Below are positions 10,000 to 19,453 of a DNA stretch of 64,000 nucleotides, one piece after another. Below the pieces are notes generated by a model that worked only from the letters and a program-made list of their open reading frames with translations, made no database searches and had not been told where the DNA came from. How positions within the stretch are numbered: position 1 is the stretch's first letter; the number at the start of each line of letters is the position of its first letter. The translations under genes and the position numbers were made by a program. The DNA is from Candidatus Krumholzibacteriota bacterium (GTDB lineage Bacteria; Krumholzibacteriota; Krumholzibacteriia; JAJRXK01): the NCBI GenBank assembly GCA_963806035.1, contig CAWDWO010000026.1, forward strand, positions 32,001 through 96,000, written 5' to 3'.

Positions 10000-12597
10000 G
10001 TGGACATGAATCGGCTTACGGAAAAATCCAAAGAGGCATTGGCGCAAGCGCAGGGCCGGGCGGTCAAGCTGGGGCACCAGAGCGTGGACGTCCAGCACCT
10101 GCTGAAGGCTCTCCTGCACCAGGAGGAAGGCCTGTTGCCGCGCCTGCTCAAGCGCATGGACATTCCCATGGCCATGCTCGAAGAACCCCTGGAAAAAGAA
10201 TTGAGGGCGATGCCCAAGGTCTCCGGTCCGGGCAGTGAGGGGCAGCTCTACGCGGCGCCGCGCCTGCAACAGGTTCTGGATGACGCGGCGGAGGAAGCCA
10301 AGCGTCTGGGAGACGATTACAGCTCGGTGGAGCATCTGCTTCTGGCCATGATCGAGTTGGGCAAGGACCACCCGGTGGGCCGGCTGCTGAAGCAGGCGGG
10401 CATGACGCGCGAGCGGCTGCTGAGCGCGCTGCAGCAGGTGCGCGGCGGTCAGAAAGTGAGTTCCCAGAATCCCGAGGAGACCTACGAAGTCCTGGAGCGC
10501 TTCGGCAGCGACCTGGTGGAGCTGGCGCGCTCGGGGAAGATGGACCCGGTGATCGGACGCGATGCGGAGATTCGCAGGGTGGCGCGCGTGCTCTCGCGCA
10601 AGACCAAGAACAACCCCGTGCTCATCGGCGAACCCGGAGTGGGAAAGACCGCGATCGTGGAAGGCCTGGCCCAGCGCATCGTGCGCGGCGATCTGCCGGC
10701 CTGGTTGAAGGACTGCAGCATCTTCTCCCTGGACATCGGTTCTCTGCTCGCCGGCGCGAAGTACCGCGGCGAATTCGAGGAGAGGCTCAAGGCGGTCTTG
10801 AACGAGATCAAGCGCAGCGAGGGGCGGATTCTCCTGTTCATCGACGAACTGCACACCATCGTGGGCGCGGGACAGACCGAAGGCAGCACTGACGCGGGAA
10901 ATCTCCTCAAGCCCATGCTGGCGCGCGGAGAGTTGCACTGTATCGGCGCGACCACTCTCGACGAGTACCGCAAGCACGTGGAGAAGGACGCCGCTCTGGA
11001 AAGGCGCTTTCAGCCCATCCAGGTCGACGCTCCCAGCGTGGAGGACACCATCTCCATCTTGCGCGGACTCAAGGAGCGCTACCAGGTGCACCACGGAGTG
11101 CGCATCCAGGACAACGCGCTCGTCGCGGCTGCAACCCTATCCGACCGCTACATCAGCGACCGCTTCCTGCCCGACAAGGCGATCGATCTGGTCGACGAAG
11201 CCTGCGCCCTGATCCGCACCGAAATCGATTCGATGCCGCAGGAACTCGATGAAGTTTCGCGGCGCATCATGCAGCTCGAGATCGAGGAAGCCGCTCTCAA
11301 GAAGGAAGAGGACGAGGGCAGCCGCCGCCGTTTGAAGGACCTGGGCAAGGAGCTCTCCACCTTGCGCGAGCGCGAGGGCGAAATGCGGATGCAGTGGGAG
11401 AACGAAAAGGAGGCCATCGAGGGCGTGCGTTCGCTGCGCGAAGCGATCGAGCTGGCGCGGCAGCAGGTCGTCGAAGCCGAGAGGTCCTACGACCTGGAGA
11501 AGGCCGCCACGCTCAAGCACGGACAGATTCCCAAGTTGCAATCGCAGCTGGAGGAGGCTCAGCGCAAGCTGGAGGAGCGGCAGGAGGGAGACGCCCTCTT
11601 GCGCGAGGAGGTCACCGAGGAAGAGATCGCGGAGATCGTGGCCAAGTGGACGGGCATTCCCGTCACGCGCCTCATGGAAGGGGAGCGGGAGAAGCTTCTG
11701 CGTCTGGATTCGATCCTCCACGAAAGGGTCATCGGACAGGACGAGGCGGTGCAGAGGGTGGCGGATGCCGTCCTGCGCGCGCGCAGCGGAATCAAGGACC
11801 CGCGCCGTCCCATCGGCAGCTTCATTTTCTTGGGGCCCACCGGGGTCGGGAAGACGGAGTTGGCCAAGACTCTGGCCGGAGCGCTCTTTGACAGCCGCGA
11901 CAATCTGGTGCGCATCGACATGTCCGAGTACATGGAGAAACACGCGGTCGCGCGGCTCATCGGCGCGCCGCCGGGGTATGTCGGCTACGAGGAGGGCGGA
12001 CAGCTCACCGAAGCGGTGCGCCGCAAGCCCTACACCGTGGTCCTCTTCGACGAGATCGAGAAGGCGCACGCCGACGTCTTCCACGTCCTGTTGCAGATTC
12101 TGGACGACGGCCGTCTCACCGACAGCAAGGGCCGCACCGTCGATTTCAAGAACACCGTGATCATCATGACCTCCAATCTGGGCAGCCAGGAGCTTCTGAG
12201 CGGGGTGAACGAGGAAGGTGAGATCACCGAGGCCGCGCGCCAAGTGGTGTTGGGGCAACTTCGCGCGCATTTCCGGCCCGAGTTTCTCAACCGCGTCGAC
12301 GAGATCATCCTGTTCAAGCCGCTTCACCGCGACGAGATCGAGCAGATCGTGAAGCTCATGATCGAGGATCTCAAAATTAGGCTCAAAGAGCGCAACATCA
12401 CGCTCACCCTCAGCCCGGAGGCGCTGAGCCTCATCGCGGCCGAGGGTTTTGATCCCGTCTTCGGGGCGCGGCCGCTGAAGCGCTATCTGCAGCGAGAGCT
12501 GGAGACGCGCTTGAGCCGCGCGCTGATCGCGGGCACCATCGAGGACGGCAGCGAGGTCAAGGTGGGGGTGAAGGACGCCCAGCTCACTCTCGACTGA
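10000..12597 (+). CDS. clpB: ATP-dependent chaperone ClpB
   Basis: Two AAA+ modules ([16 protein letters not shown]), [11 protein letters not shown], long coiled-coil middle domain, [21 protein letters not shown] start chosen from GGAGGA spacing. Confidence 0.97.
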   Translation: MDMNRLTEKSKEALAQAQGRAVKLGHQSVDVQHLLKALLHQEEGLLPRLLKRMDIPMAMLEEPLEKELRAMPKVSGPGSEGQLYAAPRLQQVLDDAAEEAKRLGDDYSSVEHLLLAMIELGKDHPVGRLLKQAGMTRERLLSALQQVRGGQKVSSQNPEETYEVLERFGSDLVELARSGKMDPVIGRDAEIRRVARVLSRKTKNNPVLIGEPGVGKTAIVEGLAQRIVRGDLPAWLKDCSIFSLDIGSLLAGAKYRGEFEERLKAVLNEIKRSEGRILLFIDELHTIVGAGQTEGSTDAGNLLKPMLARGELHCIGATTLDEYRKHVEKDAALERRFQPIQVDAPSVEDTISILRGLKERYQVHHGVRIQDNALVAAATLSDRYISDRFLPDKAIDLVDEACALIRTEIDSMPQELDEVSRRIMQLEIEEAALKKEEDEGSRRRLKDLGKELSTLREREGEMRMQWENEKEAIEGVRSLREAIELARQQVVEAERSYDLEKAATLKHGQIPKLQSQLEEAQRKLEERQEGDALLREEVTEEEIAEIVAKWTGIPVTRLMEGEREKLLRLDSILHERVIGQDEAVQRVADAVLRARSGIKDPRRPIGSFIFLGPTGVGKTELAKTLAGALFDSRDNLVRIDMSEYMEKHAVARLIGAPPGYVGYEEGGQLTEAVRRKPYTVVLFDEIEKAHADVFHVLLQILDDGRLTDSKGRTVDFKNTVIIMTSNLGSQELLSGVNEEGEITEAARQVVLGQLRAHFRPEFLNRVDEIILFKPLHRDEIEQIVKLMIEDLKIRLKERNITLTLSPEALSLIAAEGFDPVFGARPLKRYLQRELETRLSRALIAGTIEDGSEVKVGVKDAQLTLD

Positions 12598-12618
12598 GGC
12601 GAGCCAACAACGCCTGGC

Positions 12619-12647
12619 TTGCAGCCGCGTGTCCTTCACTGTAAAGT
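12619..12647 (+). promoter_or_regulatory. Putative sigma70 promoter for the leader peptide/metal uptake operon
   Basis: TTGCAG-N17-TAAAGT about 60 nt upstream of ATG 12708. Confidence 0.4.
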
Positions 12648-12707
12648 TACCAGGCGTAATCCCCCGTATACGCACATCCTCCGAGGAAGGAACGCGTGGT
12701 GTCACGC

Positions 12708-12998
12708 ATGGCTCAAAGCCGTCGCTATACGGGCCTGGCCGCAGTTCTGGCCAGTCTGGCCATCGCGGTCCTGGTAGGCACTCCCTTCCTCCTGCAGTAT
12801 CACCATCACTCCGACTTTCACGAGAATCCCCGCTGCGCCATCTGCGTATTCGCCTGCGCGCACGTAACACCCCCTTCGGCGCCTTTGGCGCTGGCTCCTC
12901 CACCGATCAGCGTCACCGTGGTGGCGATCCCGGCGCAAATCCTCGCCTCGAGATTTCACGTTCGTACTCCGAGCGTGCGTGGACCTCCCAGAGTCTGA
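12708..12998 (+). CDS. DUF2946/CruR/CutF-like leader (putative translation-arrest) peptide, 96 aa
   Basis: N-terminal hydrophobic segment, HHHSDFH, CAIC (CxxC), Pro-rich linker and C-terminal RGPP, directly upstream of a metal uptake operon. Confidence 0.8.
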   Translation: MAQSRRYTGLAAVLASLAIAVLVGTPFLLQYHHHSDFHENPRCAICVFACAHVTPPSAPLALAPPPISVTVVAIPAQILASRFHVRTPSVRGPPRV

Positions 12999-13058
12999 AA
13001 ACCCGCGAAATCCATTCGTTACGAGTTTTGACTCTGTTTAGGAGGTTCATTGCGCATG
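12974..13058 (+). promoter_or_regulatory. mRNA hairpin sequestering the SD and start codon of the downstream porin gene
   Basis: TGGACCTCC(12980-88) pairs with GGAGGTTCA(13041-49); CAGAGTC(12989-95) with GACTCTG(13030-36); AAAAC(12998-13002) with GTTTT(13025-29); CGTGCG(12974-79) with CGCATG(13053-58). Confidence 0.75.
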
Positions 13059-14165
13059 AAACTGTGCGTACGCGCTTGCACGGGCGTGTGTGCGGTCTTT
13101 GCCTTGGTACTTTTTACCTCGGCGAGTTCCGCGCAGACCACGCGCTCGATTTTTTCCAATTTGACCAACCCGTCCATCGGGATGAACGCGCTCTTTTCCG
13201 GTCAGGTCGCCCCGGACATCGACGCCCCCTACACGCTCCTCGACTTCCAAGGGGCCGACCTCAGCATGATCTCGGTGGTGGATCCCTACTGGACCTTCTG
13301 GGCCAACCTGTCCTTCACTCCCGATGAAGTGGGTCCAGAAGAGATCGTGGCCCGATGTGACCGAATTCCCAATCTCCAGCTGCGGGTGGGAAAGCTGCGC
13401 GCGAAGTTCGGCAAGCACGCGCTGCTGCACCGGCATGCCTTTCCCTTCATCCAGGCTCCCTTGATCGTGGGCAACACCATTGGCGAGGAGGGCTTCAAGG
13501 ACTCCGGAGTGGAAGCCTCGTGGCTGACCCCGGTGTCCTGGTATTCGGAGCTGACAGCGGGCTTCTTCAAGGCCATCGACGAGGACGAGGAGAACCCTCT
13601 GGATTTCGGTTCGATGCGCCGTGAGAACATTCCCTACCTCGCGCATTTCATGAACCAGTTCGACCTCAACGAATCCACCACCCTGGAGCTCGGACAGTCG
13701 TACCTGGCGGGGCGCGGAGCGGATGGTCATCGGCACGCCGTCTTCGGAGCGGACCTCACCGTCCGCAACGTACCGCTGCGTCAATCGAACAGTCGGGGTT
13801 GGATTTTGCAGAGTGAGTACATCCAGAAGGGCTCGTACGTGGGAGGGAAATACATGAAGGAGCAGCGTGGCTGGTACGCCTCGTTCAAGTACCGGCTCTC
13901 GCAGAGATGGTGGCTCGGGGTGCGCGGCGAGCAAGCTCGCGACAGCTACACCGATGTTCTGGTCGATCCCGCCGGCGATCCCGTTGCGGGAAAGCTCAGC
14001 CGGGCTGCGGCGGACATCACCTGGGCGCCCTCGGAGTTCTCCTTTCTGCGTCTCGAGTACAGCATCACCCAGGCCGATGACGGCAACGGGTTCAAGCCCC
14101 AGGACCGCCGCCTTCTGCTGCAGATGAGCACGACCATCGGCTACCACCCGGCCCACGCCTACTAG
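13056..14165 (+). CDS. Outer-membrane beta-barrel of the zinc-regulated receptor/porin type
   Basis: Signal peptide; NPSIG, LRVGKLRAKFGKHALLHRH, alternating beta-strand pattern, PSEFSFLRLEY and C-terminal GYHPAHAY; adjacent to a metal SBP. Confidence 0.72.
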   Translation: MKLCVRACTGVCAVFALVLFTSASSAQTTRSIFSNLTNPSIGMNALFSGQVAPDIDAPYTLLDFQGADLSMISVVDPYWTFWANLSFTPDEVGPEEIVARCDRIPNLQLRVGKLRAKFGKHALLHRHAFPFIQAPLIVGNTIGEEGFKDSGVEASWLTPVSWYSELTAGFFKAIDEDEENPLDFGSMRRENIPYLAHFMNQFDLNESTTLELGQSYLAGRGADGHRHAVFGADLTVRNVPLRQSNSRGWILQSEYIQKGSYVGGKYMKEQRGWYASFKYRLSQRWWLGVRGEQARDSYTDVLVDPAGDPVAGKLSRAAADITWAPSEFSFLRLEYSITQADDGNGFKPQDRRLLLQMSTTIGYHPAHAY

Positions 14166-14222
14166 ACGGACGGGCACCGTGAACGCAACGGGCCTCACCG
14201 GCAACCCATTCTGGAGGAACTC

Positions 14223-15155
14223 ATGAAATCGCTGTTTCGAACCCTGACCCTACTGAGCCTGAGCTTGCTCATGGCCGTGCCAGCGCGGGCCGACCACAAA
14301 TTGCAGGTGGCCACCTCTCTGACCGACCTTGCCTCCGTCGCGCGCTTCGTGGGCGGCGAACACGTGAAGGCTCAGAGCCTGTGCAAGGGCTATCAGGATC
14401 CCCACTACGTGCCCGCCAAACCCAGTCTGATGAAAGCCATCCAGCACGCCGACGTCTACGTCTCGACGGGACTGGAACTGGATATCGGCTGGTTGCCCCT
14501 GGTGCTTCCAGGCAGCCGCAACCCCAAGATCCAACCGGGACGGAAAGGCTACGTGGATGCCTCCGATGGAATCCCGGTCTTGGAGAAGCCGAGCGGTACG
14601 GTGAGCCGCGGCGAGGGAGACGTTCATCCTCTGGGGAATCCACACTATTACGCCGACCCGAAGAACCTCGAGATCGTGGCGGATCATCTGGCGGAGGTTT
14701 TCACCCGGCTCGACCCGGCCAACGCGAGCGATTACCAGGCCAACGCCGAGGCCTTCAAACAGAGGATGGAGAGCTCTCTCGCGAAGTGGGAGAAGCAGAT
14801 GGCGCCCCATGAGGGAGCCGAACTCGTGACCTATCACAAGAACTTCATCTACTTCGCCACCCGCTTCGGTTTGAAGATTTTCGACACGGTCGAAAACAAG
14901 CCCGGTATTCCACCCTCTCCCCGGCATGTGGCCGATCTGGTGGAAGCGATGAAGTCGGCGGGGGTCAAGCTGGTCGTGTATCAGCCCTACTACAACGCCA
15001 AAGTGTGCAAGGAAGTCGCGAAGAGGGCAGACGCTACTGCACTGGAGATCGCCACCGAGTGCGACGGTCTCCCCGGAACGGACGATGTCTTTTCGAAGTT
15101 CGACCTCCTCGTTTCCTCCATCGCCCGGGCTCTGTCCGAGAAGGAAGGCAACTGA
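14223..15155 (+). CDS. Metal (Zn/Mn) ABC transporter substrate-binding protein, ZnuA/TroA family
   Basis: QDPHYV, GDVHPLGNPHYY, LDPANASDYQAN, VTYHKNFIYF, ENKPGIPPSPRH. Confidence 0.92.
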   Translation: MKSLFRTLTLLSLSLLMAVPARADHKLQVATSLTDLASVARFVGGEHVKAQSLCKGYQDPHYVPAKPSLMKAIQHADVYVSTGLELDIGWLPLVLPGSRNPKIQPGRKGYVDASDGIPVLEKPSGTVSRGEGDVHPLGNPHYYADPKNLEIVADHLAEVFTRLDPANASDYQANAEAFKQRMESSLAKWEKQMAPHEGAELVTYHKNFIYFATRFGLKIFDTVENKPGIPPSPRHVADLVEAMKSAGVKLVVYQPYYNAKVCKEVAKRADATALEIATECDGLPGTDDVFSKFDLLVSSIARALSEKEGN

Positions 15156-15158
15156 ACC

Positions 15159-16046
15159 ATGGAATTCGTACAAGTCATGGCCCTGCCGATCCTGGCGTGC
15201 CTTCTTCTGGTCTTGATTCACCCCTCCCTGGGCCAGCACGTGCTGGCCCGGGGAGTGATCTTCGTCGACCTCGCGCTGGCGCAAATCGCGGCCCTGGGGG
15301 GCAGCGTCGCCTTCCTGTTGGGGGCGGATCCGCACGATCCGAGCATGTACTTCTGGTCCTTCGGCTTCACCCTGCTCGGCGCAGCGCTCTTCAGCTTTCT
15401 CTGGGACCGCAACCACTCCGTGCTGCAGGAGGCGTTCATCGGGATCTCCTTCGCGCTGGCCACCGCGGCCAATCTGGTGCTCCTATCCAACGCGCCTCAC
15501 GGAGCCGAACACGTGCGCGGTGCCCTGAGCGGGGAAGCCCTGGGATGGGTGACCTGGAAGGACATCGTGATCATGGCGGTGCTCTACGCGATCGTGGGTG
15601 CGTTTCTGTATCTCAGTCGCCGGCAGCTCTTCGCATGCTCGCAGGACCACAAGAAGGCGCGTGAGATGGGGCTCTCGGTGAAGAAGTGGGATTTCCTCTT
15701 CTACGCCGCTTTCGGTCTGGTGGTCACCAGCTCGGTGAAGGTCTCCGGAGTGCTGGCCGTGTTCTCTTATCTCATCGTGCCGCTGGTCTGCTCCACCCTG
15801 CTCGGCAAGAGGGGCCCGGCGCGGCTCTACTGGGCATGGGCGCTGGCCTTCGTGGTCTCGATTCTGGGCTCGGTACTCTCGTACACGAGGGATTGGCCGA
15901 TGGGAGCGACGATCGTGTGTCTCTTCGGCCTGACGGTGGCCATCATCTCGCTCTTGGTGCGCATGAAGAACATCGACCCGGAGCGCAACGGCGATCAACT
16001 CGCCGGCGCGGAGTTTCAAAACGGGCAGCGAAGCGTGACACGCTGA
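15159..16046 (+). CDS. Metal ABC transporter permease, ABC-3/ZnuB-like
   Basis: Multi-TM protein with HVLARGVIFVDLALAQIAALG and GVLAVFSYLIVP; 3 nt after the SBP gene. Confidence 0.88.
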   Translation: MEFVQVMALPILACLLLVLIHPSLGQHVLARGVIFVDLALAQIAALGGSVAFLLGADPHDPSMYFWSFGFTLLGAALFSFLWDRNHSVLQEAFIGISFALATAANLVLLSNAPHGAEHVRGALSGEALGWVTWKDIVIMAVLYAIVGAFLYLSRRQLFACSQDHKKAREMGLSVKKWDFLFYAAFGLVVTSSVKVSGVLAVFSYLIVPLVCSTLLGKRGPARLYWAWALAFVVSILGSVLSYTRDWPMGATIVCLFGLTVAIISLLVRMKNIDPERNGDQLAGAEFQNGQRSVTR

Positions 16047-16164
16047 GGGGGTAGGAACGGCGAGTTCGTCAGAGGGATGGACGGAGGCGCCGCCGCCGGA
16101 GTACATTCGGCCCTGAGTTGGCAGCGAGCTGCCGCCCACGATGTCTTTTTGTCGAAGGTCTGTG

Positions 16165-17784
16165 ATGTCTTCCTCTCGCGCCCTGCCCCGCCTGTTTCTG
16201 GGCTTGCTCCTGCTTTTGTCCGCCTGCCAGGCGGACAAGCAGGAAGCGGCCGAGCCCGCCATTCCCTCCGAGCCGCTCTACGGGGGGACTCTCCGCATCG
16301 CGGCGAGCAGTGAACCGGACGTGCTCAACAGCCTGATCACGACCTCCGGTTACAGCAGCCGCATTCTGGCCCTGGTGAACGACGGCCTGGTGAGCTTGAA
16401 CGAGAGACTGGAGTGGGAACCGGACCTCGCGCAGTCGTGGACCTGGTCGCAGGACGGCTTGGTGCTGACCTTCCATCTGCGCCAGGGCGTGCAGTGGAGC
16501 GATGGGGAGGACTTCAGCGCTTACGACGTGCAGCGAAGCTACGAACTGTATGTCGATCCCCGCATCTCGTCCTCGCGCCGCAGCAACTTCAACGACATCG
16601 AATCCTTCACCGCGCTGGACAGTCAGACGGTCGAGGTGCGCTTCTTGCGGCGTAGCCGCGACCAGCTCTTCAACGCGAACTTGAGCATCTTCCCGGCTCA
16701 CATCGTGGACAAACTGGATCCCGAGCAGGTGCAGAGCTGGCCGATCAACCGCCATCCCGTCGGCCTGGGCCCCTATCAACTGAAGAGTTGGGAAGCCGGG
16801 AGCCGCATCGTACTCGAGCGCAATCCGCACTACTTTGGCGCCAAGCCGTACCTGGACGAGATCGTGTTCGAGTTCACTCCCGAGCAGGCGGTGCGGCTTC
16901 TGCGCTTGGAGGCCGGCGAAGTCGACATGGTGGAGAACATTCCGCCCAAGGACGAGGGCCGTCTGCAGAAGAGCGCGCCCTGGATCAAAATCTATCCCAT
17001 TTCGGGAAGACTCTTCGGCTACCTCAATTACAACGTACGGCGCCCCTTTCTGAGCGATGCACGGGTGCGGCGCGCGATTTCACACGGTATCGACCGCAAG
17101 GCCTTCACCGAGAACTTGATGTTCGGCCGCGCCCAGCCGGCGGCCTCGCTCATCCCTCCGGCCCTGGCCTGGGCGCACGATCCCAACCTCGCTCCCGATG
17201 CCTTCGACCCGGAACTGTCACGCCGCCTTTTGGCCGAGGCCGGATTCGAGGATCGCGACGGAGACGGGGTGGTCGAGAAGGATGGCAAGCCCTTCGAACT
17301 CGAGATCACGACGCGGACCGGCGACCCCGTGCGCGAGAACGGAGCCCTCATCCTGCAGGAGAATCTGCGGCAGATCGGCATCAAGGTGAAGCTGCGCCTG
17401 ATGGAGTACTCGGCCGCGCTGGCCGAGGTGCGGGCGGGAAGGTACGACATTTACTACGGACATTTCGGGAGCCGCATGTCGGTCGACCCCACCATGCTGG
17501 TGTGCACCGGGGGCGCGGTCAATTACGGAGGGTACTCCAACCCCAAGATGGACGCCTTGGTGGAGGAGGGGCTCGCCACCATGGACACCGACAAGGCGCA
17601 GGCCATCTGGTACGAATTCCAGAAATTGTGCGACGAGGAACAGCCCTGGACGGTGCTCTATTACTACGACTCCCTGGTGGGAATCCAGCGTGCCTTCCAG
17701 GGCTGCACGCCCAACAATCTTTCGCCCTTCTACGGCGTCGAGAAGTGGTGGCTGGTGCCTTCGCTCCTGCACGGGCGCCGTTGA
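16165..17784 (+). CDS. ABC transporter substrate-binding lipoprotein, family 5 (peptide/nickel)
   Basis: Lipobox LLLSAC; PDLAQSW, TFHLRQGVQWSDG, PVGLGPY, VRRAISHGIDR. Start could also be 16141. Confidence 0.92.
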   Translation: MSSSRALPRLFLGLLLLLSACQADKQEAAEPAIPSEPLYGGTLRIAASSEPDVLNSLITTSGYSSRILALVNDGLVSLNERLEWEPDLAQSWTWSQDGLVLTFHLRQGVQWSDGEDFSAYDVQRSYELYVDPRISSSRRSNFNDIESFTALDSQTVEVRFLRRSRDQLFNANLSIFPAHIVDKLDPEQVQSWPINRHPVGLGPYQLKSWEAGSRIVLERNPHYFGAKPYLDEIVFEFTPEQAVRLLRLEAGEVDMVENIPPKDEGRLQKSAPWIKIYPISGRLFGYLNYNVRRPFLSDARVRRAISHGIDRKAFTENLMFGRAQPAASLIPPALAWAHDPNLAPDAFDPELSRRLLAEAGFEDRDGDGVVEKDGKPFELEITTRTGDPVRENGALILQENLRQIGIKVKLRLMEYSAALAEVRAGRYDIYYGHFGSRMSVDPTMLVCTGGAVNYGGYSNPKMDALVEEGLATMDTDKAQAIWYEFQKLCDEEQPWTVLYYYDSLVGIQRAFQGCTPNNLSPFYGVEKWWLVPSLLHGRR

Positions 17785-17864
17785 CACGCCGGAGGCGCCG
17801 TTCCTAAGTTGTGTGGGTAGGAATCCAGTCCTTTGCCACTTTTTTGACGGGGTCTATCGGTGAG

Positions 17865-19430
17865 ATGCGATACACGGGCGCACTAAGCCTCATCGTGGGC
17901 CTGTTGGCCGCGCTTCTCATTTCCTCCTGTTCCAGCTCGTCTTCGCCCACCGACCCCGGCGTGGACCAGGTGTACAGCTTTGATCCGCCTCCGGGAAATC
18001 TGAGCCTCGACGCCCTCGATACCCTGAAAATCAAAGTGTCTCGGAAAGACGGCGCACCGGTTTCCGGAGTGTTTTACGTGGACGATGATTCGGTCGCCGC
18101 CGGCGACTTGCTGCGCTGGCCGGCCGAAAAAGTGGGCGAGGTCGCGGTGAAGCTGGTGCTTCCTCCTGCCGATTCACCCACCGTGGTGAACTGGGTGGTG
18201 ACGGTCAGCGACGCCAACCTCACTCCGCCCGCTCCGGTGGCGCTGGTGCAGGCCAACCGGGGGGCGCTTCCCGGGAGCATCGCGGTGAGCTGGAGCCGTC
18301 CGGGCGCCGGCAAGGACCTCATCGATCACTACCTGCTCTACTACTCGAGCTCTCACATCACGCAGGAGGGCCTCGCCACGACGGACTTCGTCACCGTGGA
18401 CCACGATTCCTCGATCATCGTGCAGAGCAAACTCCTGACGGGCTTGCAGGAGAGAACCCAGTACTACTTGCGCGTCCAGCTCATCGACGTGTTGGGGCGC
18501 GCGGCCGCCCTCAGCGCGGAAAACAGCAGCCTGAGCACCGGCCATTACCGGGTGGAAGGGCGCGTCACCCGCCTTGCCGACGGAGGTGGAGTGGAGGGCT
18601 TTCCCGAGGTGCTGGCGGAAGTGGGGGACTACAAGGCGCTCAGTGCTAGCGACGGGAGTTACGTCATCGACGACATCCCCGACCTCGCACGCAAGAGGCT
18701 CGTCCTGAAGCCCAGCCGTCCTCTGGAAACCTATTCGTACTACTGGGTGGTGTCGGACACCCTGCAGTTGGTCGATCAGAGTTTCGACGCCCTGCTCTTC
18801 AAGATCGCACCACCGGTATTCATCAACATTCCCACTGACTCGACGATCAGTAACCTGGACTTCCTCTACATCATGGCGGCCAAGAGATCCGGGGGACTCG
18901 ATGCGCCGATCATGCAGCGTTGGGAGAGCTATCCCATTCCAGTGCGCGTCGATGCGGATTCGGCCGAGACCATCGCCGGCCAGAACGTGACGGACGCGAT
19001 GGAGGGCGCAATCGCGAGCTGGAATCAGGAGGCCGGGGAGCAGCTCATGATGCCGGTGACGGGCAAGCCGTCCTATGGAGCCAACTTCACCGTCTACGTG
19101 AGCACGACGTCCGGCGGCGGCATCCTGGGCGAGGTGAGAATGGTGGATCCGCCCGACAACCACTGTCTCTTCCAATGCATTCCCCAGCAAGTGGGGGTGT
19201 CGATCTACAGCCAGGAGTCGGAGGGCCTGTTGGACCGAATTCTGGTGCACGAGCTGGGGCACGTGCTGTGGATGACGCATTCGCCCAACACCAACCACGT
19301 GATGTCGGCGGGAGTGAACTCGACCTCTCCCTTGATTCCCGATCCGGCGGAGGTGCGCATGGCGCGACTCATCGCGCACATTCCCAACGGCACCGACTTG
19401 CGCTGGTACAAGTTGCCCACTCAACCCTGA
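17865..19430 (+). CDS. Lipoprotein with FN3-like domain and C-terminal matrixin/metzincin-like peptidase domain
   Basis: Lipobox LLISSC; FN3-like LTGLQERTQYYLRV; HELGHVLWMTH followed by Met-turn HVMS. Confidence 0.75.
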   Translation: MRYTGALSLIVGLLAALLISSCSSSSSPTDPGVDQVYSFDPPPGNLSLDALDTLKIKVSRKDGAPVSGVFYVDDDSVAAGDLLRWPAEKVGEVAVKLVLPPADSPTVVNWVVTVSDANLTPPAPVALVQANRGALPGSIAVSWSRPGAGKDLIDHYLLYYSSSHITQEGLATTDFVTVDHDSSIIVQSKLLTGLQERTQYYLRVQLIDVLGRAAALSAENSSLSTGHYRVEGRVTRLADGGGVEGFPEVLAEVGDYKALSASDGSYVIDDIPDLARKRLVLKPSRPLETYSYYWVVSDTLQLVDQSFDALLFKIAPPVFINIPTDSTISNLDFLYIMAAKRSGGLDAPIMQRWESYPIPVRVDADSAETIAGQNVTDAMEGAIASWNQEAGEQLMMPVTGKPSYGANFTVYVSTTSGGGILGEVRMVDPPDNHCLFQCIPQQVGVSIYSQESEGLLDRILVHELGHVLWMTHSPNTNHVMSAGVNSTSPLIPDPAEVRMARLIAHIPNGTDLRWYKLPTQP

Positions 19431-19453
19431 GCAGCGGGGCCGAAGATCCTATC

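Noticed and set aside
1021..12903. Long antisense and alternate-frame ORFs (e.g. 1021-3147, 5645-7519, 11137-12903; also 49495-52617)
   Set aside because: They shadow well-supported genes, lack motifs, and are expected from high-GC codon bias.
12629..13327. 232-aa ORF overlapping the leader region
   Set aside because: No motifs, and it overlaps two better-supported genes in other frames.
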